Shown in pieces: positions 1-8,342 of a stretch of 64,000 nt of DNA. The stretch's first letter is position 1, and every line of letters begins with the position of its first letter. Origin of the DNA: Isosphaerales bacterium (GTDB lineage Bacteria; Planctomycetota; Planctomycetia; Isosphaerales; Isosphaeraceae). The position numbers and the translations under genes were made by a program. The notes under the pieces are model-generated. The model did not search any database, had not been told where the DNA came from, and saw nothing but the letters and a program-made list of their open reading frames with translations. The DNA lies in the NCBI GenBank assembly GCA_044450785.1, contig JBIOJM010000008.1, positions 979 to 64,978 of the forward strand, read 5' to 3'.

Positions 1-591
1 AGGGCCGGAGGCTGCTGCCTGAACGACCCGGGCGGCTTCCTCTGGTGTCAGGGCTCGACGAACATGCCGGAGATCGGCCGCGGCGCTCGAGGTGGCCAGG
101 TGAGCCAGGTAGTGTTCCCGTGCGCGTCCGTCGCGCCAGAGCCAGCGAGCGAACCCCTTGACGGCGCGGATGTGGTGATTGACGGTCTCGGCGCCCATGT
201 CCTCTCCTGCCCGAAGTGACGCGATAGCGCTCATGGCTTTGGAGAGTGACAGCTCTGAGATCCGCTTGACCTTGGCCAAGCCGAGAACTCTTTCAATTCG
301 GTGGGTGGTCATCGTGGGATATTTCTTGCTTCCTCCGTTGCCCACCAGGGCGGCTTCATAGTCTCTCAGGTGCTCCACCAGAGGCTTGGCCTCATGGTCT
401 CGGTACGCTTCGTCCTTGGTGTCGATCAGCCCCTCACGACGCAAAGCAACGCGGTTCTCTAGCTCGTTGGCGATCCGCTGCGAAACCCCCTTGTCCGTCG
501 CGCCGGTTTTCTTGCGGCGCCGGCCGTTCTCGTCGCGCCACGTGATCGTATACTTTTTCGCGCCAGGTGTCGCCTTGAAAACCGAAGCCAT
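1..591 (-). CDS. int: phage-type tyrosine recombinase/integrase, N-terminal ~197 codons (3' end lies left of the window)
   Basis: Reverse translation from ATG (591..589) reads MASVFKATPGAKKYTITWRDENGRRRKKTGATDKGVSQRIANELENRVALRREGLID...NHHIRAVKGFARWLWRDGRAREHYLAHL...RRALTPEEAARVVQAA. This is the arm-binding plus SAM-like N-domain and the start of the catalytic domain. The ORF is open to the window edge, so it is absent from the ORF track. Confidence 0.85.
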   Translation of the reverse strand, partial: MASVFKATPGAKKYTITWRDENGRRRKKTGATDKGVSQRIANELENRVALRREGLIDTKDEAYRDHEAKPLVEHLRDYEAALVGNGGSKKYPTMTTHRIERVLGLAKVKRISELSLSKAMSAIASLRAGEDMGAETVNHHIRAVKGFARWLWRDGRAREHYLAHLATSSAAADLRHVRRALTPEEAARVVQAAASGP

Positions 592-647
592 GTTGCTCTG
601 CCTTTCGTTTCGCGGTTCTCGCCGGGTCGAACCATTCGACCCGACAC

Positions 648-691
648 CAGTAGTATGCGCTCCCTTTACTACGGTAGTCAATACTACTCAG
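648..691. promoter_or_regulatory. operator-like nested inverted repeat between divergent int and RHH genes
   Basis: cAGTAGTAtgcgctcccttTACTACggTAGTcaaTACTACTcag. Outer arms are AGTAGTAT (649-656) and ATACTACT (681-688); the central near-palindrome TACTACGGTAGT lies at 667-678. Confidence 0.35.
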
Positions 692-791
692 TCGGTTTTT
701 CCCCTTGACCTATCGGGTGGTGAACATCAAGATGGCGGGTGGATGACTTGGCGGTTTTGTGCTACCCTTGCTCGATCGGAGAACAGTCGAA

Positions 792-1022
792 ATGCCCACC
801 GCGATACTGGACCTACCAATGGCTGATGAGAAGCCTAAAACGATGTCCGTCAAGCTGCCGATGGATGTGCTCGAATCAGCTCGGATCGTGTCCGCGTTTC
901 GCGGCGGGACGATGACTGATCTCATGGCAGACATTCTTCGCCCCGCTCTGGCCAAGATGGAGCAAGAGGAGATGGCGCGTCGAAGCCAGTCGGCGGCCAA
1001 GAGGAAGAGCGCTGGGAAGTGA
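792..1022 (+). CDS. ribbon-helix-helix (CopG/Arc-like) small DNA-binding protein
   Basis: ORF track 759..1022. GGAG lies 8 nt upstream of ATG 792; alternative starts are 759, 819 and 843. MSVKLPMDVLESARIVSAFRGGTMTDLMADILRPALAKMEQEE fits a beta-strand plus two helices. The gene is divergent from int. Confidence 0.55.
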   Translation: MPTAILDLPMADEKPKTMSVKLPMDVLESARIVSAFRGGTMTDLMADILRPALAKMEQEEMARRSQSAAKRKSAGK

Positions 1023-1220
1023 CTCCCCTACGCGGGATCGCTCCTCAATCCGCTCCCTCTGAAAGCGCTTTCGGTCACAACTCGTTGCCGGCCGATGGTT
1101 GCGTCCATCGGCCAACGGATCATAGATCCTCTGAAAGCGCCAGCCCCGCGGGTTTTCCTCCCACGCCCTCGAGGTTACAGGCGCCGCGTGTGAGCGGCGG
1201 GGCTGGCGTGGTTCCTCCGG

Positions 1221-1457
1221 TCAAGCCTCGACCGGCGAGCGATCGGGCACGAATTTCGACATCCCCCGGCCGACGTCGAATTTGTGCACGCGCCCCAGCC
1301 GTCGCCCCTCGGTGTCGGATTGGGTCTCGTGTTCCGTCACGACGTAAGATTCTCCCAAGCCGCGCGCCACGTCGTCGCCGTCAACGTCCGCCACGATGGC
1401 CTCGATCGATTCCGCGCCGACCGATGAACCATCGTTTCGTTGCATTCGGTAATACAT
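1221..1457 (-). CDS. hypothetical small acidic protein
   Basis: 78-aa ORF co-oriented with the island operon, with an AAGGCGGA Shine-Dalgarno-like motif upstream. No recognisable domain. Confidence 0.4.
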   Translation of the reverse strand: MYYRMQRNDGSSVGAESIEAIVADVDGDDVARGLGESYVVTEHETQSDTEGRRLGRVHKFDVGRGMSKFVPDRSPVEA

Positions 1458-1510
1458 GAGATCCGCCTTTCTGGCCTACGTTTGCCTCACGTGGTTAAGT
1501 CGTGGACGTG

Positions 1511-1888
1511 TCAGAAACCGAGCGCCTTGCGCCGTGCGAAGAACCTTTCGCCCTCTCTTTTGTAGAGCGCGATAGCTTTCTTCGCGTCCACCATCGATAG
1601 CTTGCGGATGTCCGGCATCGGTGGGAACACACCAAACGCCCCGCGGATCGCCCCCAGCAGCTCCGCTTCGACGTCTGCATACGACCGGCCGCCCAGAGGG
1701 GGGAGAGACGCGCCCGTCCGCCTGGCCTGCCCCTGAAGCCGGCGCAGCCCTTGATCGAACGCCTTGCGAACGGCGCCCACAAGCTCAGCTTGAGCAGCAG
1801 AGAACGGCCGCCCACCCAGAGGTGGCAAGCTCGGTTCGCCGGACGGACGGCCTCTCTGGTATGGCGGTCGCGTGCTGTAGCGATTCAT
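1511..1888 (-). CDS. hypothetical protein with internal ~25-aa duplication
   Basis: 125-aa ORF. It carries two repeats, SLPPLGGRPFSAAQAELVGAVRKAF and SLPPLGGRSYADVEAELLGAIRGAF. Its start overlaps the upstream stop in an ATGA. Confidence 0.55.
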   Translation of the reverse strand: MNRYSTRPPYQRGRPSGEPSLPPLGGRPFSAAQAELVGAVRKAFDQGLRRLQGQARRTGASLPPLGGRSYADVEAELLGAIRGAFGVFPPMPDIRKLSMVDAKKAIALYKREGERFFARRKALGF

Positions 1889-2124
1889 GACGATGTCTCC
1901 GCGTTCACGCCCCTTTTCCTGATCTCAGTCTTCCCTCTGTCGATCCCGTCATAAAACGGGACGTTCTGGGGAGTGAAAGGTCCCTGAACTTCGATCGGAG
2001 GCCCCACGCGAGCGCGCCGGCCTTCTGTGCGATCGATCGTGGTAGGAACATCGATTTTCGGAATGCGAGTCGTGAACTCTGGCCAGCGATCTTCGCGACT
2101 GCCTGGACTGCCTGGATCTGGCAT
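1885..2124 (-). CDS. hypothetical protein
   Basis: 79-aa ORF translationally coupled (ATGA at 1885-1888) to the downstream ORF. Confidence 0.45.
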   Translation of the reverse strand: MPDPGSPGSREDRWPEFTTRIPKIDVPTTIDRTEGRRARVGPPIEVQGPFTPQNVPFYDGIDRGKTEIRKRGVNAETSS

Positions 2125-2151
2125 GTTGTCTGATCTCCTTGAAAAGAATGG

Positions 2152-2763
2152 TCAGTGATGAAAACCGTTCTGAGTCCCGTCGCCGTTCCGGGATCTGAAC
2201 ACGTCCGCGGTACTGGGCGGCGGCAGGGAGTCTTTCTTGACGTACCCCAATGCTTTCAGGATGGCGGGGAGATGCCTGACGAGGTCTGCTCTCTGCGCCT
2301 CAGGCTCAACCTTTGCGTGGTCGCGGAACTTCGGACAGTGCGCCTTCAAGAGAGCAAGGAGCAGAAAGTCAGATTTCACCCGCTCCTCACCCACCTTGAC
2401 GCCGCCCCTGAAGATCGACCTCACTTCCCCCTCGAGCGCGCGGCGGCGGCACTCGACCTCGAGCGCATCGACTGCGACCTCAATCATTTCATCCCACTCA
2501 CGCGCGAACTGGGGGTCGGTCTGGCGAGCCCTGTAGACGGTGGCGCGGGAAGGACAGATCGACTTATCCGCCTTGAACACGGCGAAGATTGACTGTGTGA
2601 CAGAACCGGTTTTGGACAGCGCACAGAGAAACGGCGCGTACCACTCCGGCACCAGCTCGCCGGTCGATCGGCGAGTCCACTGTGTCCGCTCCTCGCGCGC
2701 GCGCTGGGGTGTCTCAGGTGTCTCAACCTTCTTGGGTTTCGCCTTCGTTTTCATCGGGTTCAA
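2152..2763 (-). CDS. HTH protein resembling phage small terminase subunit (TerS-like)
   Basis: 203 aa. FLCALSKTGSVTQSIFAVFKADKSICPSRATVYRARQTDPQFAREWDEMIEVAVDALEVECRRRALEGE...VKSDFLLLALLKAHCPKFRD matches the HTH + LE.E..RRA.EG + SD.LL..LLKA pattern I associate with prophage TerS-type proteins. Assignment is from memory, not a search. Confidence 0.55.
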   Translation of the reverse strand: MNPMKTKAKPKKVETPETPQRAREERTQWTRRSTGELVPEWYAPFLCALSKTGSVTQSIFAVFKADKSICPSRATVYRARQTDPQFAREWDEMIEVAVDALEVECRRRALEGEVRSIFRGGVKVGEERVKSDFLLLALLKAHCPKFRDHAKVEPEAQRADLVRHLPAILKALGYVKKDSLPPPSTADVFRSRNGDGTQNGFHH

Positions 2764-2892
2764 CTCCGCGGATTGCTACCTCTGATGCTCCCGTAGGAAA
2801 CGCTTATTCGTGAATCTCCGTCTCATCAAGCCGGTTACGCTGGGTGGTCAACGGATGGTGTGTCCGTTGCGGGATCAGTTATCTCTCGGATC

Positions 2893-3240
2893 TCACACAG
2901 TCGTTTCCTCTCGCAATGCCCCCACCAGCTTCCGCTCGATCCCCGTGAGGAACCCGGGTTCTCGGTTGTACCGCTCGCTACACTTTGAGCAGATCGGGTA
3001 GAAGTAGGCTTTCAAACGGCTGTCGGCGGTGCCGAATTCCCGGATCAAGAATTCACGCTTGGGTGACCATACCCCGATCGAGTCCGAGCGAGCCCCGCAA
3101 CCGACACAGTCGGCGCCGTAGCAGTCCTCGATCAGTACCGACAACATGGCTGTCTGGAAGAGATCCGGCCGCGTTGGCGCGGCTATCTCGCCGGTATTGT
3201 GGCCACGATCGCGGAACAGGTGCTTGGGCTTGGTGCTCAT
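2893..3240 (-). CDS. hypothetical Cys-rich (probable Zn-binding) protein
   Basis: 115 aa with C-x5-C-x2-C (EDCYGADCVGCG) and C-x2-C (ICSKCS). Its start overlaps the primase stop in an ATGA. Confidence 0.55.
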   Translation of the reverse strand: MSTKPKHLFRDRGHNTGEIAAPTRPDLFQTAMLSVLIEDCYGADCVGCGARSDSIGVWSPKREFLIREFGTADSRLKAYFYPICSKCSERYNREPGFLTGIERKLVGALREETTV

Positions 3241-4406
3241 GCTGGAATTCCCTTGATGATGCCGGGGGCCGAATCACCGATCGCCGGCCCCCACCGCTGG
3301 GCAGACAGCTCCTCCCAGGAAATGGGCCGGCGGATCAATCGTCCCCAGGTGTAGCGGATCAGATTGAAGCCGGCTTGGTGGAGATCGGTCCAATCGTTGA
3401 ACGGGTCCGGGGGCCTGACTCGCCGCGCACGGGCTGGCCATGTGCTCGCGTTCTTGTCGCCGGCCTGGTCTGCATCAAGGGCCAGATACCAGACGGGGGC
3501 GGCCAGCATGACGTCTAGGACGGCCGGACCAGGGCGGGCGGACGCACTCCCCATCGTCACGACGCCGACGTCAAGGTCCGCCAGCTCTTGACGGAGGAGG
3601 AGACAGTCAAACTCTCCCTCACAGACGACCAGAGGGCGGCCGGGTCGAACCGCAGCAGGGGCCGGAAAGAGCCGGGGGCGGTCCCTGAGCGCTTCACCGT
3701 ATTTCGGTTCTCTCCCTTTGGGCTGGCGAATCTTGACGAGAGCCAGACGATCCCCGTCGAACCAGGGAACGGTGACCCCCAGCGCCTTCCAGCTTCCCGT
3801 TCCATCCTTCTTGGGAATCATCACGCCGGGGGTAAAGCCGAGACCTGCAGCGCGGATCGACTCATCTTCGAGACCTCGACCGCGGAGATATTCGAGCGCG
3901 CCTACTCCCTCGCACGTCCAGAGTCGTTTCCTAGCATCCTCGACCAGCGCTAGGGCATCGGCCAGAGGGATACCCGATGGTTGCTCTGGCGGGGTCGCGG
4001 GGGGCCTGGCGGACTTGCTGGCGGCCGGGGGCCTCGGGCGCGTCGCCGACCTGGTGGACGGGGTGACGATGCCGACCTGCTCAGCAAGCCAACGGACGGC
4101 TTCGGGAAATGCCACTCCCTGAACCTTCATGACGAGCGCCGCGGCGTCCCCTCCCTGACCACAAGACCAGCACTTCCAGAGACGCTTCACGGGGTTGACC
4201 TGAAGGAAAGGGTTCTCGTCATTGTCCCAAGGACACATCCAGATCAACTCCGGGCCGGACCGCTTCACGGCCGGACCAAGTAAGGCGGTCGCGACGATAC
4301 CCAGGTCGATCCGATCCTTGACCTCGGACCACTCGATCCGGCCACTCGGGACGGTCATCTCCCAGGTGGTGTCAGGTGCTTTCATTCCCATCGAACAAGC
4401 ATCCAT
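3237..4406 (-). CDS. DNA primase, zf-CHC2 + Toprim (phage/plasmid type)
   Basis: CPWDNDENPFLQVNPVKRLWKCWSCGQGGDAAALVMKVQGVAFPEAVRWLAEQ is a CHC2 zinc finger. VVCEGEFDCLLL...LALDADQAGD is a Toprim acidic motif. Confidence 0.85.
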   Translation of the reverse strand: MDACSMGMKAPDTTWEMTVPSGRIEWSEVKDRIDLGIVATALLGPAVKRSGPELIWMCPWDNDENPFLQVNPVKRLWKCWSCGQGGDAAALVMKVQGVAFPEAVRWLAEQVGIVTPSTRSATRPRPPAASKSARPPATPPEQPSGIPLADALALVEDARKRLWTCEGVGALEYLRGRGLEDESIRAAGLGFTPGVMIPKKDGTGSWKALGVTVPWFDGDRLALVKIRQPKGREPKYGEALRDRPRLFPAPAAVRPGRPLVVCEGEFDCLLLRQELADLDVGVVTMGSASARPGPAVLDVMLAAPVWYLALDADQAGDKNASTWPARARRVRPPDPFNDWTDLHQAGFNLIRYTWGRLIRRPISWEELSAQRWGPAIGDSAPGIIKGIPA

Positions 4407-4475
4407 TCAGTCGTCTAAATCCAGGTCTGAAACCTCTTCCCCCTAGGGTTCTGAGGTTTCAGACCTCAGACCTTG

Positions 4476-5729
4476 TTAATCTGGGCAGAGTCTCGAATGG
4501 TCTGAATCTGGGTTCTGGACCGTTCTAGACTCAGACTTGACCATGTGCCAAATCTGGGGCTTTTTGGAATCGTCAATCACGAGGCGGCCGTCTGCCTGCA
4601 TTACCCTTCTGGCCTCGAAGATGGGAGACTTCGACTCCCCGCGGGCCAGCCATTCCCCGATCAGCTCGCAACCCTTCTGGTCTCCTCCGGAGAGCTTCTC
4701 GATCAGAAAGGCGATCGCCTTATCGGTCTTTTCGGGCGGGCGTCCCCCTGGGGGCCTGGCGGCTTCCTTGGGTGGTTCAAAATCAAAGTCGCATCCTCCA
4801 TCGCGGAGCGTTACTCCAAGGGCGGGCGGCTCCTTGAAGTTGCCGATCACTTCGAGCCGGCGGCGGTCGGGCTGGGCAGGGTCCGGCTTGAACATCTTCA
4901 TGATGCCGCGGGCCAGACCTTCGAGCCGGCGGCCAAGAGTGTCTTGATCCTTCGACAGGTGCATCAGACCCATGATCGACACATCGCACGATTGCGCGAT
5001 CGAGACGATCGGCGTCATCAAGGCGTTGACCTCATCCTCTTTGTTCAGGCGGCGCCTCGTCGCGCGCCAGACGGTATCGATGAAGACTAGGCCGGGATGT
5101 TCACTCGCCACCAGGTCGTTGAGCAGCTTGACGTTGTCCGGGTTGTCAAGATCCCACCCGCCATACGGTTCGCCTGGAAGAGCGTTGAGCCGAACCGCTT
5201 CGGCAGGTAAACCGAATGCGGCGGCGCGCTCCCGCAATTCATCTTGATGGCGGTCGCCACACACCCACAGGGTTGTGGTCCCTGCTGGAAACGTCGAAGG
5301 TTGACCATCGGGCCAGGACAGACCGAACCAGAGCCGGCGGGCCAGATCCAGGGCCAGGTGTGTCTTGCCGATCTTGGGGTCGGAAGAGAGCAGGGTGAAG
5401 TGACCGCGCACGATCCAGCTTGGCCAGATGAATCGACCCGCGCTCTGGCAAGATGTCAGGTCTCCCAGGTGAGCAGATCGGCGAAAAACGGGAGCTGGGG
5501 CCGGTCCCAAAGGATCAGCGTCCAGAACGGCCTGGCGGACGGCCTGGTGGTCCGGTCGTGACGCGAGAGCAGCTTGCCAGCCACAGAGACGCTCGTGTGC
5601 CTTCATCGTCCCCAAGAGGGTTGCGAGGGGCCGCAATCCCTCGGACATGGCGGCCAGCTCGCCGTTGACCTCGACGCCGGCCAAGAGCTTCGCGAAAACG
5701 TAGGCGTCCATTCCGGAGAAGCTAGTCAT
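4476..5729 (-). CDS. AAA_25 / RecA-like ATPase (RepA/DnaB-like replicative partner of the primase)
   Basis: Walker A is SDPKIGKTHLALDLA and Walker B-like is GLVFIDTV. The ORF track start is 5771. The internal start MTSFSG (5729) fits better with the upstream ORF. Confidence 0.8.
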   Translation of the reverse strand: MTSFSGMDAYVFAKLLAGVEVNGELAAMSEGLRPLATLLGTMKAHERLCGWQAALASRPDHQAVRQAVLDADPLGPAPAPVFRRSAHLGDLTSCQSAGRFIWPSWIVRGHFTLLSSDPKIGKTHLALDLARRLWFGLSWPDGQPSTFPAGTTTLWVCGDRHQDELRERAAAFGLPAEAVRLNALPGEPYGGWDLDNPDNVKLLNDLVASEHPGLVFIDTVWRATRRRLNKEDEVNALMTPIVSIAQSCDVSIMGLMHLSKDQDTLGRRLEGLARGIMKMFKPDPAQPDRRRLEVIGNFKEPPALGVTLRDGGCDFDFEPPKEAARPPGGRPPEKTDKAIAFLIEKLSGGDQKGCELIGEWLARGESKSPIFEARRVMQADGRLVIDDSKKPQIWHMVKSESRTVQNPDSDHSRLCPD

Positions 5730-5997
5730 GGGACGACACCCCTTTCGCTCCGTGAAGGCATGCCAGAACAAGGTGCATCCGTTGCCGCTGGCAACCCGGC
5801 CAGTGTGACGAGTGGTGTTTCAGCTTCAATCGGACGTTGAAGCCGGCGCGAGCCCAGGCGCGGCCTTGCAGCGCGGCGGCGCGGAGCAGGCTGGGATCGG
5901 GCGGGAAAACCCCTCCTGCGCTACACCGAAAACCGTCTGCGCTATCGGTGAAGGATGAAAGGCGATTTATCAGCGGATTATGCTTCTGATCGCTCAT
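5722..5997 (-). CDS. hypothetical protein (weak call)
   Basis: 91-aa ORF. Its ATG overlaps the stop of the excisionase-like gene in an ATGA. No domain recognised. Confidence 0.3.
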   Translation of the reverse strand: MSDQKHNPLINRLSSFTDSADGFRCSAGGVFPPDPSLLRAAALQGRAWARAGFNVRLKLKHHSSHWPGCQRQRMHLVLACLHGAKGVSSHD

Positions 5998-6278
5998 GTT
6001 TGATCGCCCCCCTCAAGCCACGCGCGAACCGTGCGAACACGCCATCGCGGCAGTCTTCTGCCGAGATATAGATCAGGGGGCGGAATCCGGCCGCCGGATC
6101 GAAGTCGCTCTACGGTGGGAACCGAGACTTGGAGGGCGGCGGCCCAATCGGCAACTGTGACCAGTCGCCAGGGCTCAACGCTTGTCGGGGCGGGGGGCGG
6201 CGCGGTATGCTCGGCTTCTCTGAAGTCCTGATCCGCACCGCCTCCAGCTCGCAACTGGAGGCACTTTTTTGCGCTCAT
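5994..6278 (-). CDS. excisionase/AlpA-type helix-turn-helix DNA-binding protein
   Basis: LVTVADWAAALQVSVPTVERLRSGGRIPPPDLYLGRRLPRWRVRTVRAWL matches the MerR-superfamily excisionase HTH pattern. Confidence 0.7.
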   Translation of the reverse strand: MSAKKCLQLRAGGGADQDFREAEHTAPPPAPTSVEPWRLVTVADWAAALQVSVPTVERLRSGGRIPPPDLYLGRRLPRWRVRTVRAWLEGGDQT

Positions 6279-6478
6279 GACGCCACCGCCTCGGACCGTC
6301 CGATGGTCTCGGGCTGGGACTTGCGGACGGTCTGGTGTTCCTCATCGCCCACTTCGATTGCGAGGCGTAGCAGGGTGCGGAGTCGCCGGCGCTCGCGCTG
6401 ATTTTGGGTCAGCCGCTCGTTAATTACGCGGACGGGCGGTAGCAGGGGTGCATCGTGACTCACAGATTGATCTCCCAA
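6275..6478 (-). CDS. hypothetical protein
   Basis: 67-aa ORF, ATGA-coupled to the excisionase-like gene. Confidence 0.4.
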   Translation of the reverse strand: MGDQSVSHDAPLLPPVRVINERLTQNQRERRRLRTLLRLAIEVGDEEHQTVRKSQPETIGRSEAVAS

Positions 6479-6545
6479 GGCGATGATTGATCGCTCTGAG
6501 AGATTTAACGCACGATCGATGCGTCAGGAATGCGTCAGTTGTACG

Positions 6546-7286
6546 TCAATCGTGCGTCAGGTCGGCATCGATTAGTCGCACCGTGTTCGCGTGGATCTCC
6601 ACTCTGAGCGGACAAGACCTCTCTTCAAGAATCTCCCTGGTCCGCTCGGCGCGTCTTCGCGCTACTGCCAGGTTCTTTGGGGTAGCCAGCGTTCTCTTGT
6701 AGAAGACTTGGACGATGGTCTTCAGCTCTGCCTCGCGCCCGTCCCGATCCGCAAGTAATCGAATCAGCTCAACCTGACTGGCCCTCAACACCCTGCATGT
6801 TACTTCGAGGGGGTCAGTCGGGGCCTTGGACGGCTTGGGGGAGGTCGCGGGCATCGCCCCCGCTCCTCTTGATGGTCTGAAGGTTACAAACTCCCATGGT
6901 CCCTCTATCTTGTATCCTTTGCTACGCGGGGGCGGCGGGGGCGGTTCCGATGGCAGACTGGCCAGAGCTTGGAGGAATGCCGCGAGCACCTGCTCCTTTG
7001 AGAGCAGGGCGGGCGCATCGGGCGGAAAGAAGACGGAGGACAAGACCTTGATGTAAGACTCGACCACCGATTTAGACATCGGGTGAACCGTTGCGAGAAA
7101 CGCTTCCTCTTGCTTCCGGACTTTGTCCACGTCGTCCAGAACGCGCTTGCGATCTTCAGCGCTGCTGGCGCCCTTCAATCGTTGAATCTGGCGCGATACG
7201 AACTCCCACTGATCCCTCGTCAACAGCCTGGTATCGTTCCACGGTATCCCGAAATGGATCAAACCCAGGTCCGCATAGCTCGACAT
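6546..7286 (-). CDS. hypothetical protein (Pro-rich linker, possible C-terminal DNA-binding domain)
   Basis: ORF track 6546..7346. A strong GGAGG lies 9 nt upstream of the internal ATG at 7286 (MSSYADLGL...). Confidence 0.6.
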   Translation of the reverse strand: MSSYADLGLIHFGIPWNDTRLLTRDQWEFVSRQIQRLKGASSAEDRKRVLDDVDKVRKQEEAFLATVHPMSKSVVESYIKVLSSVFFPPDAPALLSKEQVLAAFLQALASLPSEPPPPPPRSKGYKIEGPWEFVTFRPSRGAGAMPATSPKPSKAPTDPLEVTCRVLRASQVELIRLLADRDGREAELKTIVQVFYKRTLATPKNLAVARRRAERTREILEERSCPLRVEIHANTVRLIDADLTHD

Positions 7287-7399
7287 GGTCCCTACCTCCA
7301 ATCGGGCCGGCCGGGCGCGGTCGCGATGGGAGGTAGGGTCCATCACGCCGCGCCGGGCCTTCGAGGGTAGCTACTCCCTCGTCCCGTGCGTCCAGTCTA

Positions 7400-7723
7400 T
7401 CAACCACTGATCGAAGCGCGAACCATCTCCGCGATGCCGGCGCGGACGTTCTCGGACAGTCTGGGCCATGCGGCCACGACGACAGCCAGGTCAGCATCGA
7501 CCGGTAGCGCATTCGGGACCAAACTGGTGATTCTTGCTGATGCCGGCCTGATGCTTTGTGATGCTTCCTGATGCAATGACAGGATTGAATGCTCTTGCAT
7601 GGATGCAGAGGAAAGCCTTAGTCCAGAGGGGTTGTGAGGCTTGCTGATGCCGCATGATGCTTCCTGGCGGTCAAAACCGCTTCCATCGGCCGTAACCCCA
7701 TGCGCGGAATCGATTACCGTCAT
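7400..7723 (-). CDS. hypothetical protein, first ORF of the island operon (weak)
   Basis: The C-terminal LAVVVAAWPRLSENVRAGIAEMVRAS motif recurs, in my memory, in mobile-element ORFs. The N-terminal half overlaps the TGATGC array, so the true start is unclear. Confidence 0.35.
   Translation of the reverse strand: MTVIDSAHGVTADGSGFDRQEASCGISKPHNPSGLRLSSASMQEHSILSLHQEASQSIRPASARITSLVPNALPVDADLAVVVAAWPRLSENVRAGIAEMVRASISG
7538..7660. repeat. phased TGATGC hexamer array (iteron/operator-like)
   Basis: TGATGC occurs at 7538, 7549, 7559 and 7569 (10-11 bp spacing) and at 7645 and 7655. GGATGC occurs at 7601. An ATGCAA...TTGCAT inverted repeat lies between them. Confidence 0.6.
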
Positions 7724-7738
7724 AAAGGAACATCGACC

Positions 7739-8272
7739 ATGCCCGGCGATTCGTCAAAGGACACCAGGCGGGAACTACTCACGGCGGCAAGTGCCATCGG
7801 TCTCGGTGCCTTCGTCACCGGGAACGTGCAGGCGGTCGCTCAAGATGACTCACAGATGGTGCGATCGAGGAGGATCAGCGAGGAAGTCGTCGTCGGGAGC
7901 AGCATGGCCAAGTCGCCTGATTACAATGAAGCGAAAAACCATTCGCTCATCCAGGTGATCGAACACGTATTCAAGGAGGACGAAGACCCGGCCGCGGGTT
8001 ACCCGGTGACGAGGGTCAAGGAATTCAAGGTAAGGGCGGATACGAAGCTGGCCATCGTCACCGTCAGCGGCTTCGAGTTCTGGTTCGGCACCAAAGACCA
8101 GGAGCTTATCATGGCCGCGTCAAGGCTCGGCGTCCATGCCGCTCTGGAAGCCGATTTCCGTCGCGCCAGTCTAACCGCGAAGGTTCGCGCGAACTACAGG
8201 TTCTGGAGAAGAGACGACCATGAATGGGCATGGCGGTGCCACGTCGTGATTCAGTGCTTTGGCGAGAATTGA
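7739..8272 (+). CDS. Tat-signal secreted protein of unknown function, paralog A
   Basis: MPGDSSKDTRRELLTAASAIGLGAFVTGNVQA is a twin-arginine signal. 177 aa with C-terminal HEWAWRCHVVIQCFGEN. No family recognised. Confidence 0.7.
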   Translation: MPGDSSKDTRRELLTAASAIGLGAFVTGNVQAVAQDDSQMVRSRRISEEVVVGSSMAKSPDYNEAKNHSLIQVIEHVFKEDEDPAAGYPVTRVKEFKVRADTKLAIVTVSGFEFWFGTKDQELIMAASRLGVHAALEADFRRASLTAKVRANYRFWRRDDHEWAWRCHVVIQCFGEN

Positions 8273-8342
8273 TCGCTACGCGAAGTCAGGTATGTCGCCT
8301 GACTCGGGCGTATTCGATGATCGTCATACAGGAAGAACGATC

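Larger units (their letters stand above)
1..7730. mobile_element. integrated element (integrase, RHH, excisionase-like HTH, primase, AAA ATPase, TerS-like); left end outside window, right end uncertain (7730, or 8876 if the Tat-signal pair is cargo)
   Basis: Thirteen co-directional minus-strand ORFs, several with ATGA start/stop overlaps, terminate in int. Visibly AT-richer patches lie at 600-760 and 7500-7720. A truncated LRR gene begins at 8875. Confidence 0.6.
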
